The notes beneath the pieces are model-generated. The model searched no databases and was not told the DNA's origin. It saw only the letters and a program-made list of their open reading frames with translations. Both the position numbers and the translations under genes were made by a program. Shown one piece after another: positions 20,381 to 30,496 of a DNA stretch of 64,000 nucleotides. Every line of letters begins with the position of its first letter. The first letter of the stretch is position 1. Origin of the DNA: Gemmatales bacterium (GTDB lineage Bacteria > Planctomycetota > Planctomycetia > Gemmatales > HRBIN36); the NCBI GenBank assembly GCA_041640595.1, contig JBEPZY010000007.1, positions 53,611-117,610 on the forward strand, in the 5' to 3' direction.

Positions 20381-21535
20381 ATGAGCATTGCAGAACAGGG
20401 TTGGCGAATCCACGGTGCGGAACGTTACGCTCGACATCCTCTGGGACGATTCTCTTTCGGACGGTACCGGTTTTTGTTGCGCGTTGAACAGGATTTGTCG
20501 TTGCCTCAATTTGTCGGGGCGACGTTGCGTGGCGGCCTGGGATATGTTTTGAAAGAGTTGGTCTGCACCTGGCCCACGGGCGAGTGTGATTCCTGCCCGC
20601 ATCGTTATGTGTGTCCGTATCCATACCTGTTTGACACAGCACCACCGCCCGGCAGCGACCGATTACGCAAACTGAAGGAGATACCCCGACCGTTCGTATT
20701 GGAAACGGCATCCATCGGCAAGCCTCAGCGTGCAAAAGCAGCAGAAAATAACGACGGCGTGGATGAACCGGAATGTAATCGCACGTGTGTTCCCGCCGGG
20801 GACTTTCTGGAATGCCGGCTGGTGCTGGTGGGAAAAGCCGTCCTTTCGCTTCCCTTTTTCATTTTCGCCTTCGAGCGACTGGGCCGAGTTGGACTGGGAC
20901 GTCAGCGCGGTAGATTTCGGCTCTGGCAGGTACGGGCGGATCCCCCAGTTTCGGAACTGACCCGCAGCCAGTCCCCTAATAATGCAATCAAGCCATTTTC
21001 TCGCCAGCTGGAAATTTACAGTGTGCAAAAACACCTGTGCGGCACGGATCTGCATACCGTTTTTGGCCGCACCCTGCTGGAACAGGTGAACCTGGTGCCA
21101 CGCAGGATCACCGTCCATTTTCTAAGCCCTACCCGGATCTGCAACGATTCTACGGTATGCAAGCAAATTACTTTCGCAGACCTTATTCGTGCCTTGCTTC
21201 GTCGGTTATCCAGTCTGTGTTATTTCCATTGTGGCTTCGAGCTGGCTCTTGATTATCACGAGCTAATTCGCCAGGCAGGGGAAATTCAAACCATTGCGTC
21301 GGAGCTTACCTGGCAGGAACAAAGCCGGTTCTCCACACGACAACGCACAAAAATCCTTATGGGTGGATTGGTCGGCCATGTTACTTACGAAGCTCCTTGC
21401 GTGCAAGCTATGCTGCCATTTTTACCGGTGCTTCTTCTCGGACAGTATGTCCATGTAGGAAAAGGAACTGTCATGGGCATGGGAAAATACACCGTGCGCA
21501 ATGCCGACTGGTATAAGCTTCCCGCGAATAAATAG
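20381..21535 (+). CDS. cas6: CRISPR pre-crRNA processing endoribonuclease Cas6 (RAMP)
   Basis: GATLRGGLG, Cys cluster CxxxxxxCxxCxxxxxCPY, PRPFV, C-terminal Gly-rich loop HVGKGTVMGMG. Confidence 0.9.
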   Translation: MSIAEQGWRIHGAERYARHPLGRFSFGRYRFLLRVEQDLSLPQFVGATLRGGLGYVLKELVCTWPTGECDSCPHRYVCPYPYLFDTAPPPGSDRLRKLKEIPRPFVLETASIGKPQRAKAAENNDGVDEPECNRTCVPAGDFLECRLVLVGKAVLSLPFFIFAFERLGRVGLGRQRGRFRLWQVRADPPVSELTRSQSPNNAIKPFSRQLEIYSVQKHLCGTDLHTVFGRTLLEQVNLVPRRITVHFLSPTRICNDSTVCKQITFADLIRALLRRLSSLCYFHCGFELALDYHELIRQAGEIQTIASELTWQEQSRFSTRQRTKILMGGLVGHVTYEAPCVQAMLPFLPVLLLGQYVHVGKGTVMGMGKYTVRNADWYKLPANK

Positions 21536-21671
21536 GTTATCGAGAACCTTATTAGCATGGCTATCGCACACTGTGCACCGCCTGGCAGGTGTAAGTTAAT
21601 TCGCAAGGGTCAAGTAAAGCGAGCTTGCTCAGATAATTTGGAGAGAGCGGCTATTGAAAGGGGAATGTAAC

Positions 21672-22805
21672 ATGGCACCTGCTAACATTCTTATTTGCAC
21701 CGTGGGAACTAGTTTATTTCGTCCGAACTTAGAAGCTTTGCGGCAACGACTTGAGGATCCGAAACTGGACGAGCGTTCGCGTCATTTAGCCGAGGCGTAT
21801 CAACGTCAAAATTGGGAAAAAGTTGCGGAGGCCTTGCTGGCTTTTGATCCTCAGGAGCAAGTCTGCGGAGCGGAGATCAATTCCACGGCGAATCTGCTGG
21901 AGCGGAACTATGTGAGTGACAAGTGTGGGCTGTACTTTATGCATTCGGATACTGCCGATGGGGAAAACATTGCCCGGGTGCTGGTGCATTATTACCAGAT
22001 GCGCGGTCATGCTCCAGTACAAGCGATAAAAATTGCCGACCTGCAGGATAGCGACCCAGCGCGTTTTCGTGTACGGGGACTTAGAAATCTGACCCGCGAA
22101 ATTTGCCGGGTGATTCGCCAGTATTCAACCTATACGTGTGCGATCAATGCAACTGCTGGATATAAGGCACAAATTGCTATTGCCGTATTATTAGGCCAGG
22201 CTCTGGGAGTGCCCGTTTATTATAAGCATGAGCGGTTTAGTGAGATTATCTCATTTCCGCCGATTCCTGTGGCTTTAGATTTCGAGGTCTGGATGCGTGC
22301 AAGTGGTATGCTTTTCGACTTAGAAGCCAGTAGTGAACCTGTACCAGCGGAACTATACACTGCTGATTGGGATGAACGTTACGAAAGCCTTGTGGAACGA
22401 ATCGAGGTAGATGGTCGCACCTATCTGGACCTCTCGCCGGTGGGCCAGATATTCCATGAGACCTTGAAGCACCGATTTCGGAGCTATCACAATCGCTTAC
22501 TGCCCCCGCCAGCGGAAGAAAAACGACCACCGAAGATCACCCAACGTATCAAGAACCAAAAGCTGAAGGACTTTTTGCAACGCCTGACTGACGAGGTACC
22601 CCAAGTTATTCAGTGCGCCACCGTATCTACCGCTTCTGAATCCCCTGAAAGGACAGGTTTCCGTTTGCGGAAAGGGCGGATCGAAGGCATTTTCCGGGAT
22701 GGATCTTCCTCGGCTCGATTTTATGTAGAAACGACGGCTCGCAATGAAAGCGAAGCACTGGCGATGGTTGCGAAACTGAACGAGTGGCTATACTCGGCAG
22801 GCTGA
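21672..22805 (+). CDS. CRISPR-associated CARF-domain protein, APE2256 family
   Basis: ILICTVGTSL, AEINS, HSDTADG, INATAGYKAQ and VYYKHERF..II.FPP.PV are APE2256/Sso1393-family motifs. Directly downstream of cas6. Confidence 0.85.
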   Translation: MAPANILICTVGTSLFRPNLEALRQRLEDPKLDERSRHLAEAYQRQNWEKVAEALLAFDPQEQVCGAEINSTANLLERNYVSDKCGLYFMHSDTADGENIARVLVHYYQMRGHAPVQAIKIADLQDSDPARFRVRGLRNLTREICRVIRQYSTYTCAINATAGYKAQIAIAVLLGQALGVPVYYKHERFSEIISFPPIPVALDFEVWMRASGMLFDLEASSEPVPAELYTADWDERYESLVERIEVDGRTYLDLSPVGQIFHETLKHRFRSYHNRLLPPPAEEKRPPKITQRIKNQKLKDFLQRLTDEVPQVIQCATVSTASESPERTGFRLRKGRIEGIFRDGSSSARFYVETTARNESEALAMVAKLNEWLYSAG

Positions 22806-22935
22806 GCGAGGTTTTTTCAGCAGCCGACCGCGGCATTTAGCTCCGGGGGCACGTTCGCTTTGCCCCAGGTGGTTTTTCTGTCACTGCCAGTGGCCTCCAG
22901 GCGTTAAGTGTTAGGGGAAATAAGGATAAAGGGGG

Positions 22936-23052
22936 ATGGCTATGGGCCCAATCCTGCTGCTGATCGGCTTGCTGCTTTGCTTCGGTCCTGTCGGCTTTGT
23001 GATCTGGCTGGTGCTGATGCTCTTTTGCGGCTGCGGAAACGATCGCAACTAG
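22936..23052 (+). CDS. Putative small membrane protein (38 aa; below ORF-track cutoff)
   Basis: My translation: MAMGPILLLIGLLLCFGPVGFVIWLVLMLFCGCGNDRN*. Purine-rich AAGGATAAAGGGGG precedes the two ATGs. Confidence 0.45.
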   Translation: MAMGPILLLIGLLLCFGPVGFVIWLVLMLFCGCGNDRN

Positions 23053-23297
23053 CTCAGAGCACAGGAGTTATTCACCGGAGACGCCAAACTAGGTACATGC
23101 CTGGTCGTTTGGCTGCGGGGAAGGCTAGTCGGCTGGAAATTAAGTTGTTCAATTAATAGCGGTACTTACCAGTAAGTGGCTGGGTGGCCAAAGTATTTCA
23201 TGCTACTCTTGTTCAAGATTCCAAGTTCGTCGCTCAATGAGGATGGTCTGGGGAACCTCTATATTCTCCCAAGGGAGCAAGGCAAGGAGGCACAAAA

Positions 23298-23960
23298 ATG
23301 AGCTGGGCGAAGCTGCTGTTCAGCGTAGCGGTCCTAATACTGGCGGGACAAGCCAGAAACTGGACCCAGGAAAGCGTGCCGGTAAGCGGGAAACTCGGCG
23401 GTCAGGTGATTTTCCGCGGCGGCGCTGCTTTCCTGACAAGCGGCGGCCGGGGTGGAGAGGTATTTACCGATGCTGCTGGCTTTGGCGGCCTGACTAACGA
23501 CGAAACGGTTGGCTTTAGTGCTGGCTTTGGTTTGGACATACCGCTAATGAAGGATCCATGGTTCGGCAACACGATTCTGGGCGAGGTACTCTTAGATTAT
23601 GGACAGTTTTCACACAAAAGGGTTTGGCAAACGACCAGCCTACTCGCAGGCACTCCGACTCTTTCGGATGTTACTGTCAACCAGCTAGCTATTGTGGGCG
23701 CTCCCAAGTACCGTATTGACATGGGTCAGCTTCGACCCTGGGTAATTCCCGTGGGTATGGCTTTCCTGGTCAACAGTCCTCCAACTAACGACACGACTTA
23801 CCTTGACCTAGGCTTGCATTTTGGCATAGGTGTGGATTATCTCCTGACCGAAGACATTAGCATCGGCATTGATTGGCGTTACAATCTAAATTTTAACTTC
23901 ACTAACTCCAGTTCGGGCGATTTCATGACTACCGGACTATATGTGGGATTCAACTTCTAA
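23298..23960 (+). CDS. Outer-membrane beta-barrel protein (OmpA/OmpW-like small barrel)
   Basis: Signal peptide, alternating beta-strand pattern, C-terminal beta-signal GLYVGFNF. AAGGAGG RBS. Confidence 0.8.
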   Translation: MSWAKLLFSVAVLILAGQARNWTQESVPVSGKLGGQVIFRGGAAFLTSGGRGGEVFTDAAGFGGLTNDETVGFSAGFGLDIPLMKDPWFGNTILGEVLLDYGQFSHKRVWQTTSLLAGTPTLSDVTVNQLAIVGAPKYRIDMGQLRPWVIPVGMAFLVNSPPTNDTTYLDLGLHFGIGVDYLLTEDISIGIDWRYNLNFNFTNSSSGDFMTTGLYVGFNF

Positions 23961-24036
23961 GTTTACTGTCCCTGTCTAACACGGAACGTCTGCGAGACCT
24001 CAAAAGGGTCTGAATGACTACAACACATTCCTGGCT

Positions 24037-24069
24037 AACAGGGAGGGGGCAATAAAACCCCTCCCTGTT
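24037..24069. terminator. Hairpin, probable intrinsic terminator between convergent genes
   Basis: 12 bp perfect stem AACAGGGAGGGG / CCCCTCCCTGTT with 9 nt loop. Confidence 0.7.
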
Positions 24070-24167
24070 GCTAAGTTTGTTGGGCTAGCGGTCTGTGCTG
24101 AAGAAATGATTTCCTCGGTAGCAATCGTCGTGAGTTATGTTAGGAACCGATGTATCCAAAGCGTTTA

Positions 24168-25271
24168 TTATTGCGAAGAACTGTGGCGGTTGCGGAGTTT
24201 GGCGCTGACGCGGTTGAGAAAGCGACGCTCTTCTTCGGTGAGCGATTGCATACCGTGCAGGCGGACCTTGTCCAGGATTTCGTCCACGCGGCGTTCTTCC
24301 TCGAGGCGTTGCTGTTCCTCACGTCGTCGGCGGCGTTCTGCTCGCCACTGTAACCAGCGCTGGATGAGTCCGGGTTTTTTACGGCGGGTTGGCTCAGGGC
24401 GTTCTTCGATGTCGTATTCTGTGGCGGAGTAACCGAATTCTTCACGGATACCGCCCATTTCCAAAGCCAGCAGTTCGTTCTTGCAGGCCTGGTAAATGAA
24501 CAGGGCGAGGAAGAACAGCAAAAGGTTGTCCGCGCCCTGGCTGGCTTCGAAAGTCACCATGACGTACAGAGTCAGCAGCAGGGCGACCATCCAACCGGAG
24601 AAGATGGCGACCTGAGTGGCGCGACGATACCCCAGGTGTGGCCAGAGTACGCACTGCAAGATACGCCCTCCATCAAGTGGAAAACCGACCAGGAGGATGT
24701 TGAACCAGAACAGCATCCAGTTGACGTAAAACCAGCGGGCCAGAAAGAGGGCCACCGCCGGCGCACCCAGCACACGGGCGAACCAGTTTGGTGCCTCCAG
24801 AGCTTCGGGCACTTGATATAGCGAAATCGGTCGCCCCGTTTGCCAGTGTACCAGCGAAGGGGAAAATGCCCAGTCCCAGGTTGGGGAAAATGGGGGCAGC
24901 CAACCGCTGCTGATGAGCAAACCGGCAGTCAACGCACACAGGGCGAGATTCACCAGCGGGCCACCCAGCGTGGTTATCAGTTGGGCACGAGGAGTGAACG
25001 GCACGTCAACGCTAGCCAAACCGCCGAGCGGCCAGAGTAAAATTTCGCTGGCGTCGCCACCCATGCGCCGCCCGGCATAACAGTGTCCGAGTTCATGCAG
25101 GATTACCGAAACTGCAAGCAAAACCTGCATGAGCAAGGCGGCAGTAGCATATCCGCCCGCCAGACCGCGTGCCACCATGCCGACGGCGAAAAGAACGAAC
25201 AACAGATGCACGCGAATGGTGATGCCGTCCCAGCGGCCAATCGGAAACGACCAGGTCAGTGGTTCGCGCAT
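24168..25271 (-). CDS. Site-2 protease (M50) family intramembrane metalloprotease with C-terminal DUF6576-like tail
   Basis: HELGH, GPLVN, N...FPLDGG; tail RVDEILDKV...GMQSLTEEERRFL. Confidence 0.9.
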   Translation of the reverse strand: MREPLTWSFPIGRWDGITIRVHLLFVLFAVGMVARGLAGGYATAALLMQVLLAVSVILHELGHCYAGRRMGGDASEILLWPLGGLASVDVPFTPRAQLITTLGGPLVNLALCALTAGLLISSGWLPPFSPTWDWAFSPSLVHWQTGRPISLYQVPEALEAPNWFARVLGAPAVALFLARWFYVNWMLFWFNILLVGFPLDGGRILQCVLWPHLGYRRATQVAIFSGWMVALLLTLYVMVTFEASQGADNLLLFFLALFIYQACKNELLALEMGGIREEFGYSATEYDIEERPEPTRRKKPGLIQRWLQWRAERRRRREEQQRLEEERRVDEILDKVRLHGMQSLTEEERRFLNRVSAKLRNRHSSSQ

Positions 25272-25383
25272 AGCCCGGGGTCCCGACTAGTTACCTTTCA
25301 AGGCAGACCGCTTGCTTTCAGTGCCTGCTTCCGCGAGAATTTTATCACCGTAACCGCAAAAACGCAATCAGAGGAAACCTGTC

Positions 25384-25899
25384 ATGGCGCGGCAACTGGT
25401 TTTCCACGGACGCAAAATTGACCTGGTGCTGGACACGGTCTTATCACCTGACGGTCAGCCACAGGTTCGGGAAATCGTGTTGCATCGTGGAGCTGCGGTG
25501 ATGCTTCCCATACTCGATGATCAACGTGTGATCCTGGTATGGAACTACCGCTATCCGATCGGCCAGAGGTTGCTGGAGTTACCAGCGGGAACACTGGAGC
25601 CTGGGGAAGCCCCGGATAGCTGTGCGGCACGCGAACTGGAAGAGGAGATCGGTTATCGTGCGGGTAAGCTGACGAAACTGGCCGAGTTTTATCCCTCGCC
25701 GGGCGTGCTTTCGGAGTGTATGCACCTGTTTCTGGCGGAAGAATTGCAACCGGCACAACAAAAACTCGATCCGGGCGAAAGTATCGAGCTGGAAATTCTG
25801 CCTTTTGACGAGGCGGTGCAGTCGGTAATGCGTGGCGAAATCCGAGACGCAAAAACCATAGTGGGCTTGCTGCTATACGACCGGCTGCGGCGGTCGTAA
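25384..25899 (+). CDS. NUDIX hydrolase (ADP-ribose pyrophosphatase-like)
   Basis: Nudix box ELPAGTLEPGE....AARELEEEIG; FYPSPG; IRDAKT. Confidence 0.92.
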   Translation: MARQLVFHGRKIDLVLDTVLSPDGQPQVREIVLHRGAAVMLPILDDQRVILVWNYRYPIGQRLLELPAGTLEPGEAPDSCAARELEEEIGYRAGKLTKLAEFYPSPGVLSECMHLFLAEELQPAQQKLDPGESIELEILPFDEAVQSVMRGEIRDAKTIVGLLLYDRLRRS

Positions 25900-25944
25900 G
25901 ATTTCCGGCAGGTGCATTTCTTAGGTAATGCTGAGGACAACTTC

Positions 25945-27255
25945 ATGGACGACTACCGACGGCATTATGTGATTCCCTGGACGGTTCAGGAACGCGAAGA
26001 TCCGGTGCTGGTAGTGAGCCGGGCCGAAGGAGTGTACTTTTACGACCGCGAAGGCCGGTGTTACCTGGATTTCTTGTCGCAGCTATTCCATTGCCATCTG
26101 GGTCACAGACACCCGCGCGTGGTGCGGGCCCTGCAGGAACAGGCAGAACGGTTGGCCTGTCTTTCGCCGGTACTGTTGACGGAAGAGCGTGCGGAACTTT
26201 CGCGGCGATTGGCTGCCAAACTGCCGGGCGATCTCAACCGCATTTTTTACGTCAATAGCGGCAGTGAGGCCAACGATGTTGCGTTTACTCTGGCCCGACT
26301 GATGACCCGGCGTCCTAAGATTTTTGCCAAGTATCGCAGCTATCACGGTACCACCTACAGCACACTGGGAGTCGCGGGTGATCCTCGCCGGGCGGCCATT
26401 GAACCCGGACCTCCTGGCTGTGTGCGGTTCTATGATCCATACTGCTACCGTTGCGATTTCGGCAAGACTTATCCGGAATGCAACCTTTTCTGTGCCGATG
26501 CGCTGGAACGGCAGTTGCAGTTGGAAAACCCAGCAACGGTGGCGGCGATCGTGATCGAACCGTTTACCGGAGCAGCGGGCGGTTTCCCGGTGCCGCGGGG
26601 TTACCTGAAGCGGGTGCGCGAAATTTGCGATCGTTATGGCATCTTTCTGATCGCCGACGAAGTGATCACGGGGTTTGGCCGAACCGGAACCTGGTTTGGT
26701 GTGGATCACGATCAGGTGGTGCCGGACATGATGGTGCTGGCCAAAGGGTTGACCGCGGGTTACGCTCCGTTGGGAGCCGTGGCTTTACGCGAAAGCCTGG
26801 CGAAGGAATGGGAGTCGCGGATGTTACCCCTGGGAAGCACTTTTGCCGCTCATCCGCTGGCGTGTGCAGCGGCACTGGCTTGTTTGCAGGAGTATGAGGA
26901 ACAGCGGCTGATCGAACACGCCCGGGAAATGGGGGAAATCCTGGCCGGACGTTTGGCCGAACTGGCACGGCGACACGAGTGTGTTGGCGATGTACGCTGC
27001 CAGGGTCTGCTTGCCTGCCTGGAATTAGTGAAGGACCGCCGCTCCCGGACGCCTCTGGTTCCTCCGAACACCGACTCACTCTTACCACTGCAGATTCGCC
27101 GACGTGCCTGGCAAGAAGGGCTGCATATCTTTGTTCGGTCGTCTCTGATCCTGCTGGCTCCACCGCTTATTATCCAGCCTGCGCACATCGAAGAAGCGAT
27201 CAGCAAGCTTGACCGAGTCCTGGATTGGGTAGATGCAAATCGTTGCGAGGCTTAG
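25945..27255 (+). CDS. Class III PLP-dependent aminotransferase
   Basis: SGSEAN, SYHGTT, LIADEVITGFGRTG, PDMMVLAKGLTAG. Confidence 0.92.
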   Translation: MDDYRRHYVIPWTVQEREDPVLVVSRAEGVYFYDREGRCYLDFLSQLFHCHLGHRHPRVVRALQEQAERLACLSPVLLTEERAELSRRLAAKLPGDLNRIFYVNSGSEANDVAFTLARLMTRRPKIFAKYRSYHGTTYSTLGVAGDPRRAAIEPGPPGCVRFYDPYCYRCDFGKTYPECNLFCADALERQLQLENPATVAAIVIEPFTGAAGGFPVPRGYLKRVREICDRYGIFLIADEVITGFGRTGTWFGVDHDQVVPDMMVLAKGLTAGYAPLGAVALRESLAKEWESRMLPLGSTFAAHPLACAAALACLQEYEEQRLIEHAREMGEILAGRLAELARRHECVGDVRCQGLLACLELVKDRRSRTPLVPPNTDSLLPLQIRRRAWQEGLHIFVRSSLILLAPPLIIQPAHIEEAISKLDRVLDWVDANRCEA

Positions 27256-27281
27256 CTGTCCTAGCAAGCGGATGAGCCAGC

Positions 27282-28187
27282 ATGACCTTTCGCCTGGCCC
27301 AGATTAGCGACCTGCATTTACCTTTTTGGCCTGGTCGTTGGCGATCCAGGGATTGCAGTCTGAAGCGGTTGGCTGGTTGGGTCAACATGCGCTGGTTGCG
27401 GAGGAGCGAGCTGTTCGCCCTGGCGGAGACCGTGGCCGCGAGCTTGGTGCGCGACATTCTGGCCAGACGACCCGACGCGATAGTAATGTGCGGCGATGTG
27501 GCTTGTCTGGGTTTTGAAGAAGAATTCGCGCAGGCAGCAGCATTATTGCGGCCACTGCTGGAAAACTTCCCCGGTTTAGCGGTGCCCGGCAATCACGACC
27601 ATTATTGTGCTGAGGCGGTGCTGTCACGATCGTTTGAAAGGCATTTCGCGGCCTGGCAGCAGGGTTTACGTGTGGAGAACGCTCATTATCCGTTCGCACT
27701 GGCGTTAGATTCAGCGACGCTGGTGGGTGTCAACTCGGCCCAGGCAACCTATTGGCCCTGGGATACACGAGGCCAGGTCGGGCCCGCGCAGCTAAAGCTC
27801 CTGGAAGAACTGCTCAAACGCTCCGCCAGCCGATCCCAGCGGTTGCTGCTGGTGACGCACTATCCTTACGTTCGGGCCGACGGCTCATTTGAAACTTATT
27901 TCCGCCGGCTTACCGATGCCGATGCGCTCGGTGAGTTGCTGGCCCGGTATGGTGTCGTGGCTTGGCTGCATGGCCACCGGCATTCCCCTTATTTCCATCC
28001 GCCGCAACTTGCACGCGGCTTTGCGCTGATTTGCAGCGGCAGCGCTACGCAACGCGGCATCTGGAGTTATTACGAACACCAGTGGGGGGAAAAAAGTTTG
28101 CACCTATCCCGACGGGCCTACTGGTTGCCGACGGACGAGTTTGTCGAAGTGAGTCAGACGGAAATCCCGCTGGTCACGGCAACGTGA
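27282..28187 (+). CDS. Calcineurin-like metallophosphoesterase
   Basis: SDLH, GDV, PGNHD and HGHRH motifs. Confidence 0.9.
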   Translation: MTFRLAQISDLHLPFWPGRWRSRDCSLKRLAGWVNMRWLRRSELFALAETVAASLVRDILARRPDAIVMCGDVACLGFEEEFAQAAALLRPLLENFPGLAVPGNHDHYCAEAVLSRSFERHFAAWQQGLRVENAHYPFALALDSATLVGVNSAQATYWPWDTRGQVGPAQLKLLEELLKRSASRSQRLLLVTHYPYVRADGSFETYFRRLTDADALGELLARYGVVAWLHGHRHSPYFHPPQLARGFALICSGSATQRGIWSYYEHQWGEKSLHLSRRAYWLPTDEFVEVSQTEIPLVTAT

Positions 28188-28227
28188 TTTTTACAAGGCA
28201 GCGTTCAGACCTCTGTGTCTGGCGAGA

Positions 28228-29373
28228 TTAAGCGGCGACAATCTGGCTCAACGCCGCGCAGAGTGTTTCTATGTCCTGCTCGGTGTTGAATGGGCCGAGG
28301 CTTACACGCACCGTACCTTCTGGGAACGTTCCCAGCGCTTTATGGATGTACGGTGCGCAGTGTAAACCGGGCCGAACGGCAATGTCGAAGCTAGCGTCAA
28401 GAATGGCAGCTACTTCACTGGCTGGCCAGGCGTGGACGCGAAAACTAAGGGTCGCTACACGCCTGTCCGGGTCGCCGTGTCCATATACTTCAAAACCGTC
28501 GCGCTCGAGCAGCCATTGACGAAGCCGATCGACTAACTGCAACTCCTGCCGATGGATCGTTTCCAGGCCGCGCTCCTGAACGAAACGAATCCCGGCCACG
28601 AGTCCGGCGATGCCGAGGACGTTCGGGGTGCCCCCTTCAAGGTAATACGGCATTTCCCGCGGCTGAGTCGGACTGGATGAGTCGCCGCCTGTGCCACCTT
28701 CCCGCCAGGGGCGTAACTGCACCCGACTGCCAACATATAACCCTCCAGTTCCTGTCGGCCCGAGTAAACTCTTATGCCCGGGAAAAGCCAGCAGATCAAT
28801 GCCCCATCCGCGGATATCAATGGGAATGACCCCTGCTGTCTGGGCAGCGTCGAGCAGGAACAGCACTTCGTGTTCACGAGCGATACGGGCAATCTCTGCG
28901 GCTGGCTGAACCGTACCCAGCACGTTGCTGGCATGTGTGAGAACTATCAGGCGAGTTTTCGATGTGATAGCGCGGCGAATGTCATCGGGGTGTACCGTCC
29001 CGCTGCTGTCGGCCGGAACGCGGGTCAGAGTGATCACCTTCGCATCCGCGAGCGCTTGCAAAGGTCGGCTGACGCTGTTGTGTTCGAGGTTCGTCGTAAC
29101 TACGTGGTCACCTTCGCGGAGCACGCCTTTGATGGCCATGTTGAGTCCGTCGGTGCAATTGAGCGTGAAAATGAACCGCTCTGGGCCTTCGCCATTGAAG
29201 AACTGATTCAGCACGTGCCGGGCTTCGTCGAGCATACGTTCCGAAGCCACCGCCAGACGATGCCCGGCCCGGCCAGGATTCGCCAGGCGCGTTCGCGCAA
29301 ATTCGTCCATGGCCCTATAAACCGACTCAGGTTTGGGAAAAGTCGTGGCTGCGTTGTCCAAATATGTCGTCAT
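28228..29373 (-). CDS. Cysteine desulfurase family protein (class V PLP)
   Basis: YLDNAATT, EHNSV, DAAQ, PGHKSL, catalytic RPGLHCA. Confidence 0.92.
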   Translation of the reverse strand: MTTYLDNAATTFPKPESVYRAMDEFARTRLANPGRAGHRLAVASERMLDEARHVLNQFFNGEGPERFIFTLNCTDGLNMAIKGVLREGDHVVTTNLEHNSVSRPLQALADAKVITLTRVPADSSGTVHPDDIRRAITSKTRLIVLTHASNVLGTVQPAAEIARIAREHEVLFLLDAAQTAGVIPIDIRGWGIDLLAFPGHKSLLGPTGTGGLYVGSRVQLRPWREGGTGGDSSSPTQPREMPYYLEGGTPNVLGIAGLVAGIRFVQERGLETIHRQELQLVDRLRQWLLERDGFEVYGHGDPDRRVATLSFRVHAWPASEVAAILDASFDIAVRPGLHCAPYIHKALGTFPEGTVRVSLGPFNTEQDIETLCAALSQIVAA

Positions 29374-29626
29374 TCGTGTGAGCCTCGTTTGCTATCGGTG
29401 CTCGACCAATCATGAACGCGATCTCTTTCAATGATATGCAACCTCCCGGGTTCCAGCATTTATCTGCCAGGGGATGCAGGCAAACCAGGTGCGGGAGTTT
29501 CGCATCGCTCACGGATATGCCAGCGAACGCCTCAAACCCCGGAAGAAGTTTTCGCCCAATTATCGCGGGAGTTTTGCATCGCTCATTCAGGGTTTTGCCA
29601 ACTCGTGTCCTCCCCGGAACTGGCAC

Positions 29627-30118
29627 TTACAAGCCAGCTCCTGCTGCCACGCGATGAACGAAAGCATGGCACAAAGCACAGGCAAGTGCGTCGGCAATAT
29701 CTGCTGGTTCCGGGAGTCGGGTCAGTCCAAGTTCCGTGCGGATCACCCGCTGGATCTGGTCTTTGCTTGCACGACCGCTGCCTGTAATGGTTTTTTTGAT
29801 GCGTGTAGCCTCGTAAGAAGCCACTGGAATGCCAGCGCAAGCGGCACAGGCCAGAATGACACCGCGAGCATGGGCCATAAGCACAGCCGTGCGGGGATGA
29901 GCATAATGGGAGTATAGCTCTTCTACCGCCAGTACGTTGGGTCGGGTGGCCACGAGCAATTCTTCCAGACTCGCCCATAAGGATTGCAAACGTTTCGGCA
30001 GATCGCTGCCCTGAGTGCGAAGCACGCCAGCCTCAACCAGGTGCACCTTCTCCGGGCGAAAGGCAATCACACCGTAGCCGGTTACGTGCAAGCCGGGATC
30101 AATACCGAGAATCCGCAC
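29627..30118 (-). CDS. ruvC: Holliday junction resolvase RuvC
   Basis: RILGIDPG...TGYG, AVEE, IKK.ITG.G.A.K, DIADALA. Confidence 0.95.
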   Translation of the reverse strand: MRILGIDPGLHVTGYGVIAFRPEKVHLVEAGVLRTQGSDLPKRLQSLWASLEELLVATRPNVLAVEELYSHYAHPRTAVLMAHARGVILACAACAGIPVASYEATRIKKTITGSGRASKDQIQRVIRTELGLTRLPEPADIADALACALCHAFVHRVAAGAGL

Positions 30119-30138
30119 TGGTCGTTCCTCAAATGTCC

Positions 30139-30357
30139 AGCGGTTAGTGGCTTTACAAGTGGCCAGTAGTTAGTGGCTAGTGGCCAGTTGCCGGAAAATG
30201 ATTTGGCTAATGGCCAGTTGCCGGTGAAGCGTGTGGCTACTGTTCAGTGGCCTTGCAAGTGGCGAGTGGTTAGTGGGTAGTGCCAGTTGCCGGAAAATCA
30301 TTTGGCTGATGGCCAGTTCCCGGTGGAGCGACGGTTGGCGGATAAGTTCGATATGCT
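30139..30357. repeat. Heptamer (AGTGGYN)-based intergenic repeat element, copy A (two ~100 bp sub-units)
   Basis: GTGGCTTTACAAGTGG at 30147 and GTGGCCTTGCAAGTGG at 30247. Repeated CAGTTGCCGG. Terminal box at 30328-30350. Confidence 0.85.
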
Positions 30358-30496
30358 GCCGACCGTTGACGCCATGCAGCCCGTTTCCGTTCACATTGCA
30401 TTGCCGAGTAAGTTCAGCAGGCTGCCGACCCTGGTATGGCCAGGCGAAAACGGATGTGCTCTCAGTTCGTGAGGTTGGAAATAGGCTGATCGGCGG

